DNA of 64,000 nucleotides from Selaginella moellendorffii (Eukaryota; Plantae; Lycopodiophyta): NCBI RefSeq assembly GCF_000143415.4, contig NW_003314279.1, positions 368,336 to 432,335 of the forward strand, read 5' to 3'. Shown piece by piece: positions 51,656 to 64,000 of this stretch (position 1 is its first letter; each line of letters starts with the position of its first letter). The notes under the pieces were generated by a model. It saw only the letters and a program-made list of their open reading frames with translations, ran no database searches and was not told where the DNA came from. The position numbers and the translations under genes were made by a program.

Positions 51656-54600
51656 ATCGTAAGACATTTCCACGGACGATCTGGAATTGGGATGCTTTGC
51701 AACAAGCCCCCACTAGCCTTAGTCACGGCTTTGACCTGCTGACATGTTGGACATGTCTTTACATAGTCTTGGACGTCCTTAGCCATATCTGGCCAGTGAT
51801 ACTTCCTTTTGAGTAAGCCCATCATCTTGGGCACTCCGCCGTGTCCCACAAGAGGTCCATCATGACACTCCTCTAAGGCTACCTTCCTTAGTTCCCCTTC
51901 TGGGATATACACCCTCGTTTGCTTGTAATAGATGAGTCCATTGCGTTCCGCATAGCCCGTTTTCTCTTCCGTTGGCAGCTCACCCCTTTGGTGAGCTTCC
52001 CGTGCCTCCAGATTCCGTAGCAACACTTCTTGTGCTAGACCATCGTTCTCATATGCTGTCCGCACATCATCCCAAAATGTTGCTGTTGCATTGGATATCG
52101 CCAACTTCAGGCTTGCTTTTCGATTTAGCGCATCCGCCACGATGTTGCTCTTCCCAGGCTTGTACAGAATTTTGCAATCAAACTCGGCCAAAGCATTGGC
52201 TCACCGACCCTGTTTCCCCCTCAAGTTGGGTTGTGACAAGAAGTGTTTCGTTGCCACATTGTCTGTGTAAACCTTGAAGTGTCTCCCAAGGTAGTGTCGC
52301 CACTCCTTGAGTGCCTTGACCACCGCAAACAATTCCTTCTTGTGGGCAGGCCACTTCCGTTAAGCCTTGTCCAACTTTTTCGAAAAGAATGCTACTGGAT
52401 GGTTGTCCTGCTTCAAAACTGCGCCCAACGCAAAGTCTGAAGCATCGGTTTCTACCTCAAAGTCCTTACCAAAATCTGGTAATGCCAACACGGGGGCCTT
52501 CCTCAATTTCCCCTTGAGGTGGACGAATGCCGCCTCGCATTCCGCTGTCCATACCATCTTCCCTTTTCCCGTTTGGTCCGTTAAGGGTAGGGCTACTCTC
52601 GAATAGTGTCTGATAAACTTTCGGTAGTAGTTGCATAGCCCCAAGAATGCCCTTAACTCGTGTACATTCGATGGTCGCTCCCAATCCTGGATCGCTTGGA
52701 CCTTCTTAGGGTCCACCTTTAGCCCGTCCTTGCCCACCACATGCCCAAGAAACTTTACCTCTTGCTGAGCAAAGTCACATTTGCTCTCTTTAGCATACAG
52801 CTGGCATTCCCTTAGTTTCTCAAACACCTTTGTCAAGTGTTCGGCATGCTCCTCTAGCGTTTCGCTATAGATTAGAATGTCGTCAATATAGACGACCACA
52901 AAGTGATCTAGATAAGGTACAAAGATATGGTTCATCAACACCGAAAACGTTGCCGGCGCATTGCATAGCCCGAAGGGCATCACCAAAAACTCGAAGCTCC
53001 CATACCTCGTTCGACAGGTTGTCTTCTCGACATCTTCCTCTGCTACCCTGATTTGGTAGTATCCTGACCTTAGGTCAATCCTCAAGAAGTATTTTGCCTT
53101 TCCCAACCTATCGAACAGGTCCTCAATCCTTAGCAAAGGGTACTTGTTCTTCTTTGTATATTTGTTGAGCAACCGGTAGTCTATGCACATGCACATAGAT
53201 CCATCTTTCTTTTTCACAAATAGCACCGGCGCCCCATACAGCGAGTTGCTCAACCTAACATACCCTTTGTCCACCAACTCCTCTAGTTGGCACTTGGGCT
53301 CCGCGAGTTCTTTTTCGTTCAAACGATAGGGTGGACGAACCACCGCCTCAGCACCCTCGACCAGCTCAATCTTATGTTCTATCAGTCGTGCGGGGGGCAA
53401 CCCCGCCGGTAGCTCCTCCGGCATGGTATCCTGGAATTGGTCCAACACCCGCTGGATCACTAAAGGTACTTCTTCCGTTCCTGTCTTTTTGTCACTTCTC
53501 ACTGAGAGTAAGCACAAAAATGCAGCCTTTGTCCCTTTAGTGAGTTGTCCCCTCGTGGACACCAGGTTTAGGCACGAATCTTTGGCCTTGCATTGCCCTA
53601 CCTTTAGATCTTGGGCCTCCACCCTGGATCTTCTTCCTTGGGCATTTGCTAGTATCACAAAGTTCCTACCTTGTCCATGCAGGGCTACCATGAACCAATT
53701 GAACAAATCCATCCCGAAGATCACGTCAAATCCCGCCATGTCCAACACGGTGAAATCCATGTCTACTTTCCAAGTCCCTACTTCGACTCTTGCTTGTCGA
53801 AGTACCTCATCGGTGCTTTGGCTACCTTGAACAAACTCTATAGTCCTTGGTTTGCCCAGCCACTGCACCGTTAGTCCGGCTTGCCGGACTATGTTTGCAG
53901 CCACAAAATTATCCGAAGCACCCGTGTCAATAAGGATCTTAATAAAGCTACCTCCGAACTTCCCTCGGAGGGTTAGTAGATGTCGCGAACGACTCTCTAC
54001 CAAAGTTGCTCGTGTAATAAGTAGCTTTGAGCTAGGGACTGGATCACATACCTCATTTTGGACTTCACCCGATTTAATGGCCATATTGGCTCTAGCCTTC
54101 TTCGGGTAAGGACATTCCTTCGAAAAGTGTCCCGCTTCACCGCAGTTGTAGCATACGTTGTTTCCCACGCTACTAAATGACTTGACCTTCTTATCTGTGG
54201 GTTTGTCTCTTTTTGCTTGACTCCCCCACGTACTTGCTCGCTGGCCACCGGATTTGCCTTTCCGGAACCCCGAGGACTCATTCTTAGAGAAACTCTTCTT
54301 GAATTTCCCCTTGCTATATGTTCCCCTTGGTTTGGCCCCTTTATGAAACGTGGACCCCGACCCCGTCGCATTCCCTTTTCACAGGTTATCGTTGAAATGC
54401 ACCTTGATAGCCTCATCCAACGCTTCCTTGTAGTTGGTCAAGTTCCAGCGCATCATTTCACCGCGAGCCCAGGTTTGCAAACCTAATATGAAGGCATGGA
54501 ACACATCCATATCCCCCATGTCTGTGACAAGTATCCTCTTTGCCATGAACCCATTCACATACTCCTGGATGGTTCCAGTCTGCTTCAGCCTACTCAGCTC

Positions 54601-57600
54601 ATCTCTTAGATGCAGAGTGGCATTCGGAGGAACGTATGTTGCGCGGATCCTTGCCTTCATTATGTCCCAAGTGGCCACCGGTCCTTCGTTGGCCTCTGTT
54701 GTCCTCCACCAAGACTTGGCATTATCTGCCAAGTATGGTTTTGCACATGGGACCTTCTCCGAGCTCGGTAATTGCAACGCTCGAAAGTAGTCCTCCATAT
54801 CGTAAAACCAATCCTCCACCACCTTATAGTCATTCACTCCCTTGAAGACCGGTGGGGGCTTTGGTTTGTACTTGGGAACTGCCTGAGGGACTGATTCTAC
54901 TTCGGTCTGTTCGACCTTGTTTGGTTCTGCCTCAGTCCTTGCTGAAGGGTCTGCACCTTCTACGCTGCCAGCATCCGCAGTCTTTCGCTTTTTCTTCCGC
55001 TTCTCGTCACGCTTTAGTTTGCGGACGAAAGTCTCTAGCAGGGCATTGGTCTGTGCCAACTATCCTTCTAGAACATCCAATCGAGCCTTGGACGACCAAA
55101 CCTCGCCACCAGACTCCTGCTTGGAAGTTTCCTCACTGGAGTCATCCTCATGCAAGGATTCCTCATCCATAGCCTCTTGTTCAACCGGGGGCTCCAGCTC
55201 TGGCGGAGGTTCTGTCTCCGCCTTGGTTTGTTTACGCCCCGCCTTTGCCATCTCCCTGCAATCCACCTCTATCCTTCACTAGAACTGAGGAAAAGGCTCC
55301 GATACCAAATTGTAAGCCACAAATTTTTCCTTTCCAATTTGCCAGCTTACCTCGTCTATCCGTCCAACACTACCTTGGCTTTTGCTAAGTTCCCTTGCCA
55401 AGGTTCTCGCCTATGGTACCAGCTCCTACTTGGTTTCCGCTACTCACTGCACAAGCAACAGAGTGTTAGCCATCCATCCACGGATTCTCAAATCACTCCC
55501 AATCCCCCTCCCCGGGTTAGACTGGACTTAAGGTTCGGCTACACTCCCCGCAAGCACAAGCAGCCAAGCACACCAAGCTTCCAGGTTCCTAACATCCCAT
55601 GGTACCACAAGACTTGATCATGGGACCCTCTAAATCCCAAGTCTTGAGTGCAACACTTGCTTCGGGACGCCGGGGCGAAATACCGTGGCCTAGCGGCCCG
55701 GTATGGGTACCTCTACCCCCCCACTTCCATCCCGAAGGAAGGCCCAAACCCCTAGGGAGGGTGAGGACCAATGAGCCGCATGGTACTCAAGTGGGGCACC
55801 ACTCCACATGAGCCGAGAGCACCGCAATCGGTTTCCCTTTCGGGAGTGGGAGCCGCTCTTGAGCACTTCCTTGGATGGCCCCTCCGGCACCAACCAAGTC
55901 CATGCTCACTCCCAACCAAGGCCCCTGGGTCCCAGTTTCAACCCAAAGTGGGTTGGGAACCCCCCCAAGAAGGCCCCTTAAAAAAGGTTTCCTGGCCCCC
56001 CATAACCCTTTTAAATTTTGGGAACCCCCGGAAGCCCCCCCCCCCCCCCCGCCCCCCCCCCCCCTGGGAGACGCACGCTTTGGGCTTTCACCCCTTGACC
56101 CGTATTAGTATTTGGACTTAGTCTCTGGCTCGATCTTGGACTCGATTTCGGATCCGGCTTCGGATTCGGTCTCGGACTCGATTTCGGACTCGATCTTGGA
56201 CCCGATCTCAGACTCGACCTCGGACTCGACCTCGGACTCAGTCTCGGACCCGATTTCAGATCTCGGACTCCGTCTCGAACTCGGTCTCGAACTCGGTCCC
56301 CGAGTCGGCCTCGGACTCGATTCTGGACTTTATCTCGAACTCAGTCTCAGAGTCGGTCTTGGACTCGATCTTTGACTTGGTCCTATCCAATGAACTCTTT
56401 GTCATTTTGGTCATGCTTTCGGGGTTCCTTTAGCCTACGACACCTCGGCGAGTTGGTTCCTTACAATGGCAAAGGCAAGGCATAAAAGAACCAAGGCAGA
56501 GATGGAACCTCCTCTGGAGTTGGAGCCTCCAGTCGAACAAGAGGCTATGGATGAGGAATCTTTACATGAGGAGGACTTCAATGCGGAAACTTCTAAACAG
56601 GAGTCCAGTGGTGAGGTTCAGTCATCCAAGGGTCAATTGGACGTCCTAAAATGATAGTTGGCACAGACCAATGCCTTGCTAGAGACTCTCGTATACAAGC
56701 TAAAGCATGATGAGAAGTGGAAGAAAAAGTGAGAGATTATAGATGCTGGTAGCATAGAAGGCATGGACCCTTTGGCGCAGACTAATGCAGAACCAAACAA
56801 AGTCGAACAAATTGAAATGGAATTAATCCCTCAAGTAGTTCCCAAGTACAAACCAAAGCCCCCACTGGTTTTCAAGGGAGTGAATGACTATAAGGTGGTG
56901 GAGGATTGGTTTTATGACATGGAGGATTATTTTCGAGCTTTGTGGTTATTAAGCTCAAAGAAGGTCCCATATGCAAAACCATACTTAGCAGATAATGCCA
57001 AATCTTGGTGGAGAACAATAGAAGCTAATGAAGGACTAATGGCCACTTGGGAAATGATGAAAGTGAGGATCCACGCAACTTATGTTTCTCTGAATGCTAC
57101 TCTGCATCTAAGGGATGAGTTGAGTATGTTGAAGCAGACCGAAAATATTCAAGAGTATGTGAATGAGTTTATGGCAAAGAGGATATTTGTTATGGACATG
57201 AGTGATATGGATGTGTTCCATGCCTTCATGTCAAACTTGCAAACCTAGGCTCGAGGCAAGGTGATGTGTTGAAACCCAACCAACTATAAAGAAGCATTGG
57301 ATGCAACTATCAAGGTGCATTTCAATAATAACTTGCAAAAGGGAACACAATGGGGTCAGGGTCCACGTTTAGCAAAGGGGCCAAACCAAGGGGGATATAT
57401 AGCAAAAAAAAATTCAAGAAGAGTTTCTCTAAGAATGAGTCCTTGAGGTTTCACAAAGGCAGATCTGATGGCTAGCAACCAAATATGTGGGGGAGTTAAG
57501 CGAAAAGAGACAAACCCACAGATAAAAAGGTCAAATCTACTAATAGCGTGGGAAATAACATATGCTTCAACTGCAGTGAAGCAGAACACTTTTCAAGGGA

Positions 57601-60600
57601 ATGTCCATACCCAAAAAAGGCTAGAGCTAATATAACCATTAAGTCGAGTGAAAGTATATATGGATTTCACCATGTTCGACATGGTGGGATTTGACGTAAT
57701 CTTCATGATGGATTGGTTCAATCGGTTCATGGTAGCCCTACATGGACAAGGTAGGAAACTTGTAATACTGGCAAATTCCCGAGAAGAACGATCCAGAGTG
57801 GTGGCCCAGGATCTAAAGGTAGGGCAATGTAAGGCCAAGGACTCCTACTTAAACTTGGTATCCATGAAAGGACAACTCACTAAAGGAACCAAGGCAGCAT
57901 TTTTGTGCTTACTCTCGATAAGGAGTGACAAAAAGATAGGAATAAAAGAAGTGCCTTTAGTGATCCAGTGGGTGTTAGACCAATTCCAAGATACCATGCC
58001 GAAGGAGCTACCAGCAAGGTTACCCCCGAACGACCTATAGAACATAAGATTGAGTTAGTCGAGGGTGCTAAGGCAGTGGTTCGTCCCTCCTATCGGTTGA
58101 ACAAAAAAGAACTCAAAGAGCTCAAATGTCAACTTGAGGAGTTGGTGAAAAAAGGGTATGTTAAGTTGAGCAAGTCACTGTATAGTGCACTGGTGTTATT
58201 TTTGAAAAAGAAAGATGGATTTATATGCATGTGCATAGATTATCAGTTGCTCAACAAGTATATAAAGAAGAACAAATACCCTTTACCAAGGATTGAGGAC
58301 CTATTCGATAGGTTGGGAAAGGCAAAATAATTCTCGAGGATCGACATAAGGTCAGGATACTACCAGATCAGGGTAGCATAGGAAGATGTCGAGAAGACAA
58401 CCTGTCGAACAAAGTATAGAAGCTTCGAGTTTCTAGTGATGCCCTTTGGGTTGTGCAATGCACCAATAGCGTTCTCAGCGTTGATGAACCATATTTTTGT
58501 ACTTTATCTGGATCATTTTGTGGTGGTCTACATTGACAACATCTTGATCTATAGCGAGACACTAGAGGAGCATGCTGAACACTTGACAAAAGTGTTTGAG
58601 AAACTAAGGGAACACCAATTGTATGCTAAAGAGAGCAAATGTGACTTTGCTCAACAAGAGGTAAAGTTTCTCAAGCATGTGCTAGGCAAGGACGGGCTCA
58701 AGATGAACCCTGAGAAGGTCCAAGTGATCTAATAATGGGAACGACCATTGAATGTACACGAGTTAAGGGCACTCCTGGGGCTATGCAATTACTATCGAAA
58801 GTTTATCAAACACTATTCGAGAGTAGCCCTACCTTTAATGGACCAAACGGGAAAAGGGAAGATGGTAATGGATAGCAGAATGCGAGCTGGCATTTGTCCA
58901 CCTTAAAAGGAAGTTAAAGAAGGCTTCTGTATTGGCATTATTAAACTTTGGTAAGGACTTTGAGGTAGAAATAGATGCTTCAAACTTTGCATTGGGCTCA
59001 GTGTTAAAGCAAAACAACCATCCAGTAATGTTCTTCTCAAAAAAGTTGGACAAGGCTCAACGGAAGTGGCCTGCTCACGAGAAGGAATTTTTTGCAGTGG
59101 TCAAAGCGCTCAAGGAGTGGTGACACTATCTTGGGAGACACTTCAAAGTTTACACGGATAATGTGGCAACAAAATACTTCTTGTCACAACCTGACCTAAG
59201 AGGGAAATAGGGTCAATGGGCCAATGCTTTGGCCGAGTTTGATTGCAAAATTCTGTATAAACCTGGGAAAAGCAACATTGTGGCGGATGCTCTAAGTCGA
59301 AAAGCAAGCTTGAAGTTGGCAGTATCCAGCAATAACAACCTTTTGGGATGATGTGTGGACAGGATATGAAAATGATGGTCTAGCACAAGAAGCATTGCTG
59401 AGGAACCAAGAGGCATGGGAAGCTCACCAGAGAGCTAAGCTGCCAACGGAAGAGAAAATAGGCTATGCAGAACACAATAGACTTATCTATTATAAAGAAA
59501 TGAGGGTATATGTTCTAGAAGGGGAACTAAAGAAGGTAGCCTTAGAAAAGTGTCATGACGGACCAAAAGACCTTTACCTGAGATTATCCAAGGGGAAGAG
59601 GAATATGAAGTCGAGGCCATCCTCAATGCGTGCAAGAACAAGTGACAAAGACTCGAATTGAGGGAGTTCCATGTGAAGTGGAAAGGATTTCCACATTGCA
59701 AAGCAACATGGGAACCGGAGGAGAACTTAGCAAACGCATGGGATCTAGTGGAGGAATTTTTGCAAGGTAGAACTATGCAAAATTTAAGTAAAGAATCTAT
59801 TTTGATAAATTGAGCAATGTCATATGTTAGGACCTGAAGGCGTGCCGAAGGTAAACTAATTAGCGTGGGTTAGCAAGGTCCACTAGGCATAGGGAACTAC
59901 ACCCAACTCCCCATGGGGATGTCAAATCCGTAGACGTATTCTACAGAGGTTGGGTTCAAATCCCCACCCCTTAATAAAGCAAAGCTGGGTTCAAGTCCCA
60001 ACCCCATACTAAAACGTGGTGAGGTGAGAAGTATAGGGACACCTATATTCCATTGTCATGGGCTCTTGGCCGGGGAGGCTAACTTAGACATACCACTAAG
60101 TGGGCCAAAAACATGGTTAACAAGTTGTAGGATTAAAAAAAAGCATTCAATGTGGGCATTGAACTTCTTTCATGGGTGGTGGAGTTGTAAAGAACCAACT
60201 CCCTAAGGTGTCATAGGCTAAAGGATCCCTGAAGGCATGACCAAAATGATAAAAAGTTCAGCAGATGGGACTGAGTCTGAGATTGAGTCCAAGACTGACT
60301 TTAAGACCAAGTTCGAGATAGAGTCTGGGATCGAGTCCGAGGCCAACTTCGAGACCGAGTTCAAGACTGAGTCTAAGACTGAGTCCGAGACCGAGTTCAA
60401 GACTAAGTCCAAGATCCAAAATCGGGTCTGAGACCGAGTCTATGGTTGAGTCCAAGACAGAGTCCGAGATCAGGTTTGAGATCAAATCCGAGATCAAGTC
60501 TGAGACCAAGTCCGAGGTCAGGTCCGAGATCGAGTTCGAGACCGAGTCCAAATACTTATATAGGTCAGGGGTGAAAGCCCAAAGCGTGTGTCTCCCGGGG

Positions 60601-62564
60601 GGGGAGCCGTAGGGGGTTCCAAAAGTATAATAGGGATAGTGAGGTCCAGGAACTAGTCTTGAAGGAACTCTCCAATGGTGCTTCCAAACTGACTTGAGGT
60701 TGAGACTGGGACCAAGGGGCCTTGAGTGGGAATGACCATGGACTTGGGTGGTGCTAGAGGGGTCACTTTAGGAAGTGCTCAAGAGCAGCTCCCACTCCCG
60801 GAAGGGAAATTGACTATAGTGCTTTTGGCTCATATGGAGTGGTGCCCCACTTGAGTACCTTGCAGCTCATTAATCCTTGCCCTTCCTAGGGGCTTGGGCC
60901 TTCCCTTTAGGATGGGAGTGGGGGAGTAGAAGTACCTATACTGGGCTGTTAGGCCACAGTGTTTACCCCTAGTGTCCTGAAGTAAGTGTTGCACTCAAGG
61001 TTTGGGATTAAAGAGTCCCATGATCAAGTCTTTTTGTACCAAGGGATGTTAAAAACCTAAAGGCTTGATGTGCTTGCCTGTGGGGAATGTAACCGAAATT
61101 TAAGTCCAATTTAACCCAAGGAGGGGGATTGGGAGAGATTTGGGAATCCGTGGATGGATGGCTAACACTTCATTGCTCGTGCAATGAGTTGCTGAAACCC
61201 AGTAGAACCAAGTAGGAGCTGGTACAATAGGCAAGAACCTTGGCAAGGGAACTTAACTAAGGCCAAGGTCGTGATGGTCGGATAAATGACAAATTGGAAA
61301 GGAAAAATTTGTGGCTTACACCCTGTGAATGGCATTTATGCAACTTAGCCTTTGCAATTGGTCCAAGTGCTCCATGTGTCCAATCCCATGACCGACACTC
61401 AAAGGTACCATTAACATATCCACTTGTTACACTAAGGCCATATCCATTCCCCTTTTGTCATATAGGTAGTCCAAGACCACCTGCACCATAATCCTATCTC
61501 TTAAATTCTGGACCAAGGATGCCCACAGACATGGGGAATAGCCTTCCCCAATATCCCTTTTCTAATCCCCACCAAGTCCATTTCCATCCATGGCCGTGTT
61601 CACCAACATTGCTACTAGGTCAAGGCTCACAGGCCCAACCACTATGTCCTAATGACCTCTAGAACTTCCTTGTTATATGACTGTATCCTTGGTCACCACA
61701 CAAGTGGACTGCTCCGTTTTTTTTCCACAATCTAGGACTTTGGGATGACATTTTGAAACACCGCGGCCCTACATGAGCCTCGTGGGTACTCTTCCCAAAC
61801 TCCATCTCGAACTCTATCTCAAACTCCATCTTAGGTCCATTTCGGACTCCATCTCAGACTCCATCTTAGACTCCACTTTAGGTCCATCTCAGACTCCATC
61901 TCAGACTCTATCGTAGACTCCTCCTCAGACTCCATCTCGTGGTCCATCTCGAACTTCATCTCAAGTCCATCTCAGAATCCATCTCATGTCCATCTCGAAC
62001 TCCATCTCGAATCCATTTCAGACTCCATCTCAGACTCCACCTCAAGTCCATTTCAGACTCCATCTCAGACTCCATCTTAAACTCCTTCTCAAACTCCATC
62101 TTGGGGTCCATCTCGGACTTCATCTCTGGTCCATCTCAAACTCAATCTCGGGTCCATCTCGGACTCTAGCTCAGACTTCTTCTTGGACTCCATCTTAGAC
62201 TCCATCTCAGACTCCTTCTTAAACTCCATCTCGGGGTCCATCTTGGGTTTATCTCAGACTCCATCTCAGATCCATCTCGGACTCTATCGTACTCCATCTC
62301 GGGTCCATCTTAGACTCCATTTTGGACACTTCCACATGTCATATGTTGGTCCTCTTATATCCCTTTTTTAGAGACTCATTTATTGCTTACTTCATGCTTG
62401 TTCCTTGAGCACTTTGTTGAGAGTTCCACTCCCACTCTTGACTTTTCAAGATGGAGTTTTTAGTCTAAATGTGTTATGCTTATTTGGCTTCTGCCTCAAC
62501 CACTACCACATGGCACCATTTTGGCTCCACTTTGGGGCCTAGGGATTTTGTATCTTACAAACCA

Positions 62565-63700
62565 TTTCCCACAAAAAATGGAGCTGAAGGATGTGCAACA
62601 AAAAGTGGAAAAGGTGACATTTTATAATGTTGTGCTAAGTGAATAACATAATCAAGGGTGGTTGGAACAAGTGCATGCACAACTCCTACAAGATCTTGAT
62701 AAAGTGCTAGCTACAACATTCCTAACCTGATTCACTCCGACATATTTGGCTCAGCACATGTGTGTGTACAGTTGTTACTATAAAGAATGAAAACTGGCTC
62801 TACCACATGACATAAATATAGATAGCAACAAGTAGCAATAGGCCAAGCAATAGAAGATAAACTGAAGCTTGTATAAACCAATATGAAGAGAATAATAGGA
62901 AACCTTTTATTATAAAAATGAGTTTGAAAAGTAAATACTAGATGAACTAGTGTCGAATGAACCCTTTGATGATACTCCCGATAGAAAGATGAAGGGGTAA
63001 TTAACTTATTCGTACAAGATCTCTCCACTACTTTTGTGAATCCTCATTTCCCTAAAGCATCTCGGTGTCTAAACCTTCCACTACAGCAGCACCAATAGGA
63101 CATTGTTGATACCAAAGTCTCCACCCAAGAAATAAAGATTGCTAATCTGGAAAACATTGACAACACCGATAAGTGTGGCTAACTTCATCATATGCTCAAC
63201 AGCAGACATCACCGCCGTAACCACGTCCTTGCCCTTGTCCTTGAACTTGGGCAATAACAGCATCAACTTCCGTTAGAATAAGACCATCTCTCATAAAAAA
63301 TGGAGCTAAAGGATATACAGCAAGAAGTGAAAGAGGCAACGTCTCATAATGTTGTGCCAAGCGAAGGGCATTATCAAGAGTGGCTAAAGCAAGTGCATGC
63401 ATAAGTCCTACTAAATTTTGATGAAGTGTTGGCCACAACATTCTCAATTTGATCCACTCTGATATATTGGAAGCAAGAGGTTTCAAAAAAAAATGCCAAA
63501 TTGCACCACCAACTCAAATGGCCCTTAACGAAGACAATGCAATTGTTGGAAAGTATCATCACAATCGTCAGTATGTCCAAATGTGCACTTGAAGACATCC
63601 CAGAGAATACTCCAATCCTCATGAATGGTTGCAATTAAACCATTATACCACTACATTACCATCCTTTGAAGACATATGGGAAACTCACTCAAATTTCAAG
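62565..63700 (-). pseudogene. Degenerate gag/protease remnant with a ~0.7-kb tandem duplication
   Basis: ATLDNALRLAQHYE...QGQGRGYGGDVCC. 62760-63290 parallels 39130-39670, and 63290-63450 parallels 62565-62730. Confidence 0.55.
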
Positions 63701-64000
63701 CATCATCCCAGGAATGATATATGGGAATCACCATAAAGTCAAACCAATGGTACACATCATCCCCAAGATTTCTACAGAAGAACTCCGGCCGGATGCGAGG
63801 ATTAGTAGCAAGAGTAGGAAGAGTTGTACCACACACCGTAAATACTACTATCAATTAAGTCTAATTGTTCAATTACAACTACATAACATCGAACATTGCA
63901 CCAATTATTGCTCTAAAAGTCAAGAAGGAAGAAGCTACTACTTTGTGATGAAGATGAACAAAAAGGAAAGAGCAAAAAAGAAGAAATTGAGAAAAAATAT

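Larger units (their letters stand above)
42817..55251 (-). pseudogene. Gag-Pol of A2 (stops in gag and RNase H, B2 insertion in integrase); introns 43669-43714 and 43199-43250; exons 2 and 3 are open
   Basis: ORF pieces match A1. Splicing gives [23 protein letters not shown]...KLTQRFAGPYEIEARIG...[22 protein letters not shown]. Confidence 0.9.
40967..56465 (-). mobile_element. Family A copy A2; 5' LTR 55311-56465, 3' LTR 40967-42412; interrupted by B2
   Basis: TSD ATGGC at 40962-40966 and 56466-56470; PBS and PPT present. Confidence 0.95.
39791..61320 (+). mobile_element. Older degenerate family A copy (A3); LTRs 39791-40902 and ~60186-61320; split by A2 at the gag ATG
   Basis: PBS at 40906-40918. 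Gag-pol remnants at 56466-59790 with many stops and two internal deletions. Degenerate TSD CCATA/CCCTG. Confidence 0.9.
39671..62559 (-). mobile_element. Family-B solo LTR (39671-39790 + 61321-62559), split by A3
   Basis: TGTAAGCAACTAAATTTTCC start and GTATCTTACA end. TSD AACCA at 39666-39670 and 62560-62564. Confidence 0.88.

Overview
Eukaryotic plant genomic DNA. Very short (~45-110 nt) introns, a GC-rich PLS-class PPR gene and tight gene packing suggest a lycophyte such as Selaginella (inference). 1-8.1 kb is a gene island: a PLS PPR gene (+), a class II CPD photolyase (-) and a multi-exon gene with an alpha-crystallin-like domain and tandemly amplified two-exon cassettes (-). 8.7-64 kb is a deeply nested retrotransposon cluster whose order can be rebuilt from 5-bp TSDs. 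It holds an ancient Ty3 remnant, three copies plus a solo LTR of a chromodomain-bearing Ty3/gypsy family ('A'), a non-coding LARD-like family ('B'), a third LTR family ('C'), a TRIM and a 3.8-kb element with ~1.3-kb inverted arms. Main finding: the family A integrase is interrupted by two short GT-AG introns (47/46 and 52 nt), present in both copies that retain this region. Unspliced RNA encodes a Gag-Pol that stops before the catalytic Glu of the DDE triad; only splicing restores the full integrase and chromodomain. Family B shares A's PBS, atypical PPT, LTR end and a covarying double T-loop RNA structure, which suggests an autonomous/non-autonomous partnership.
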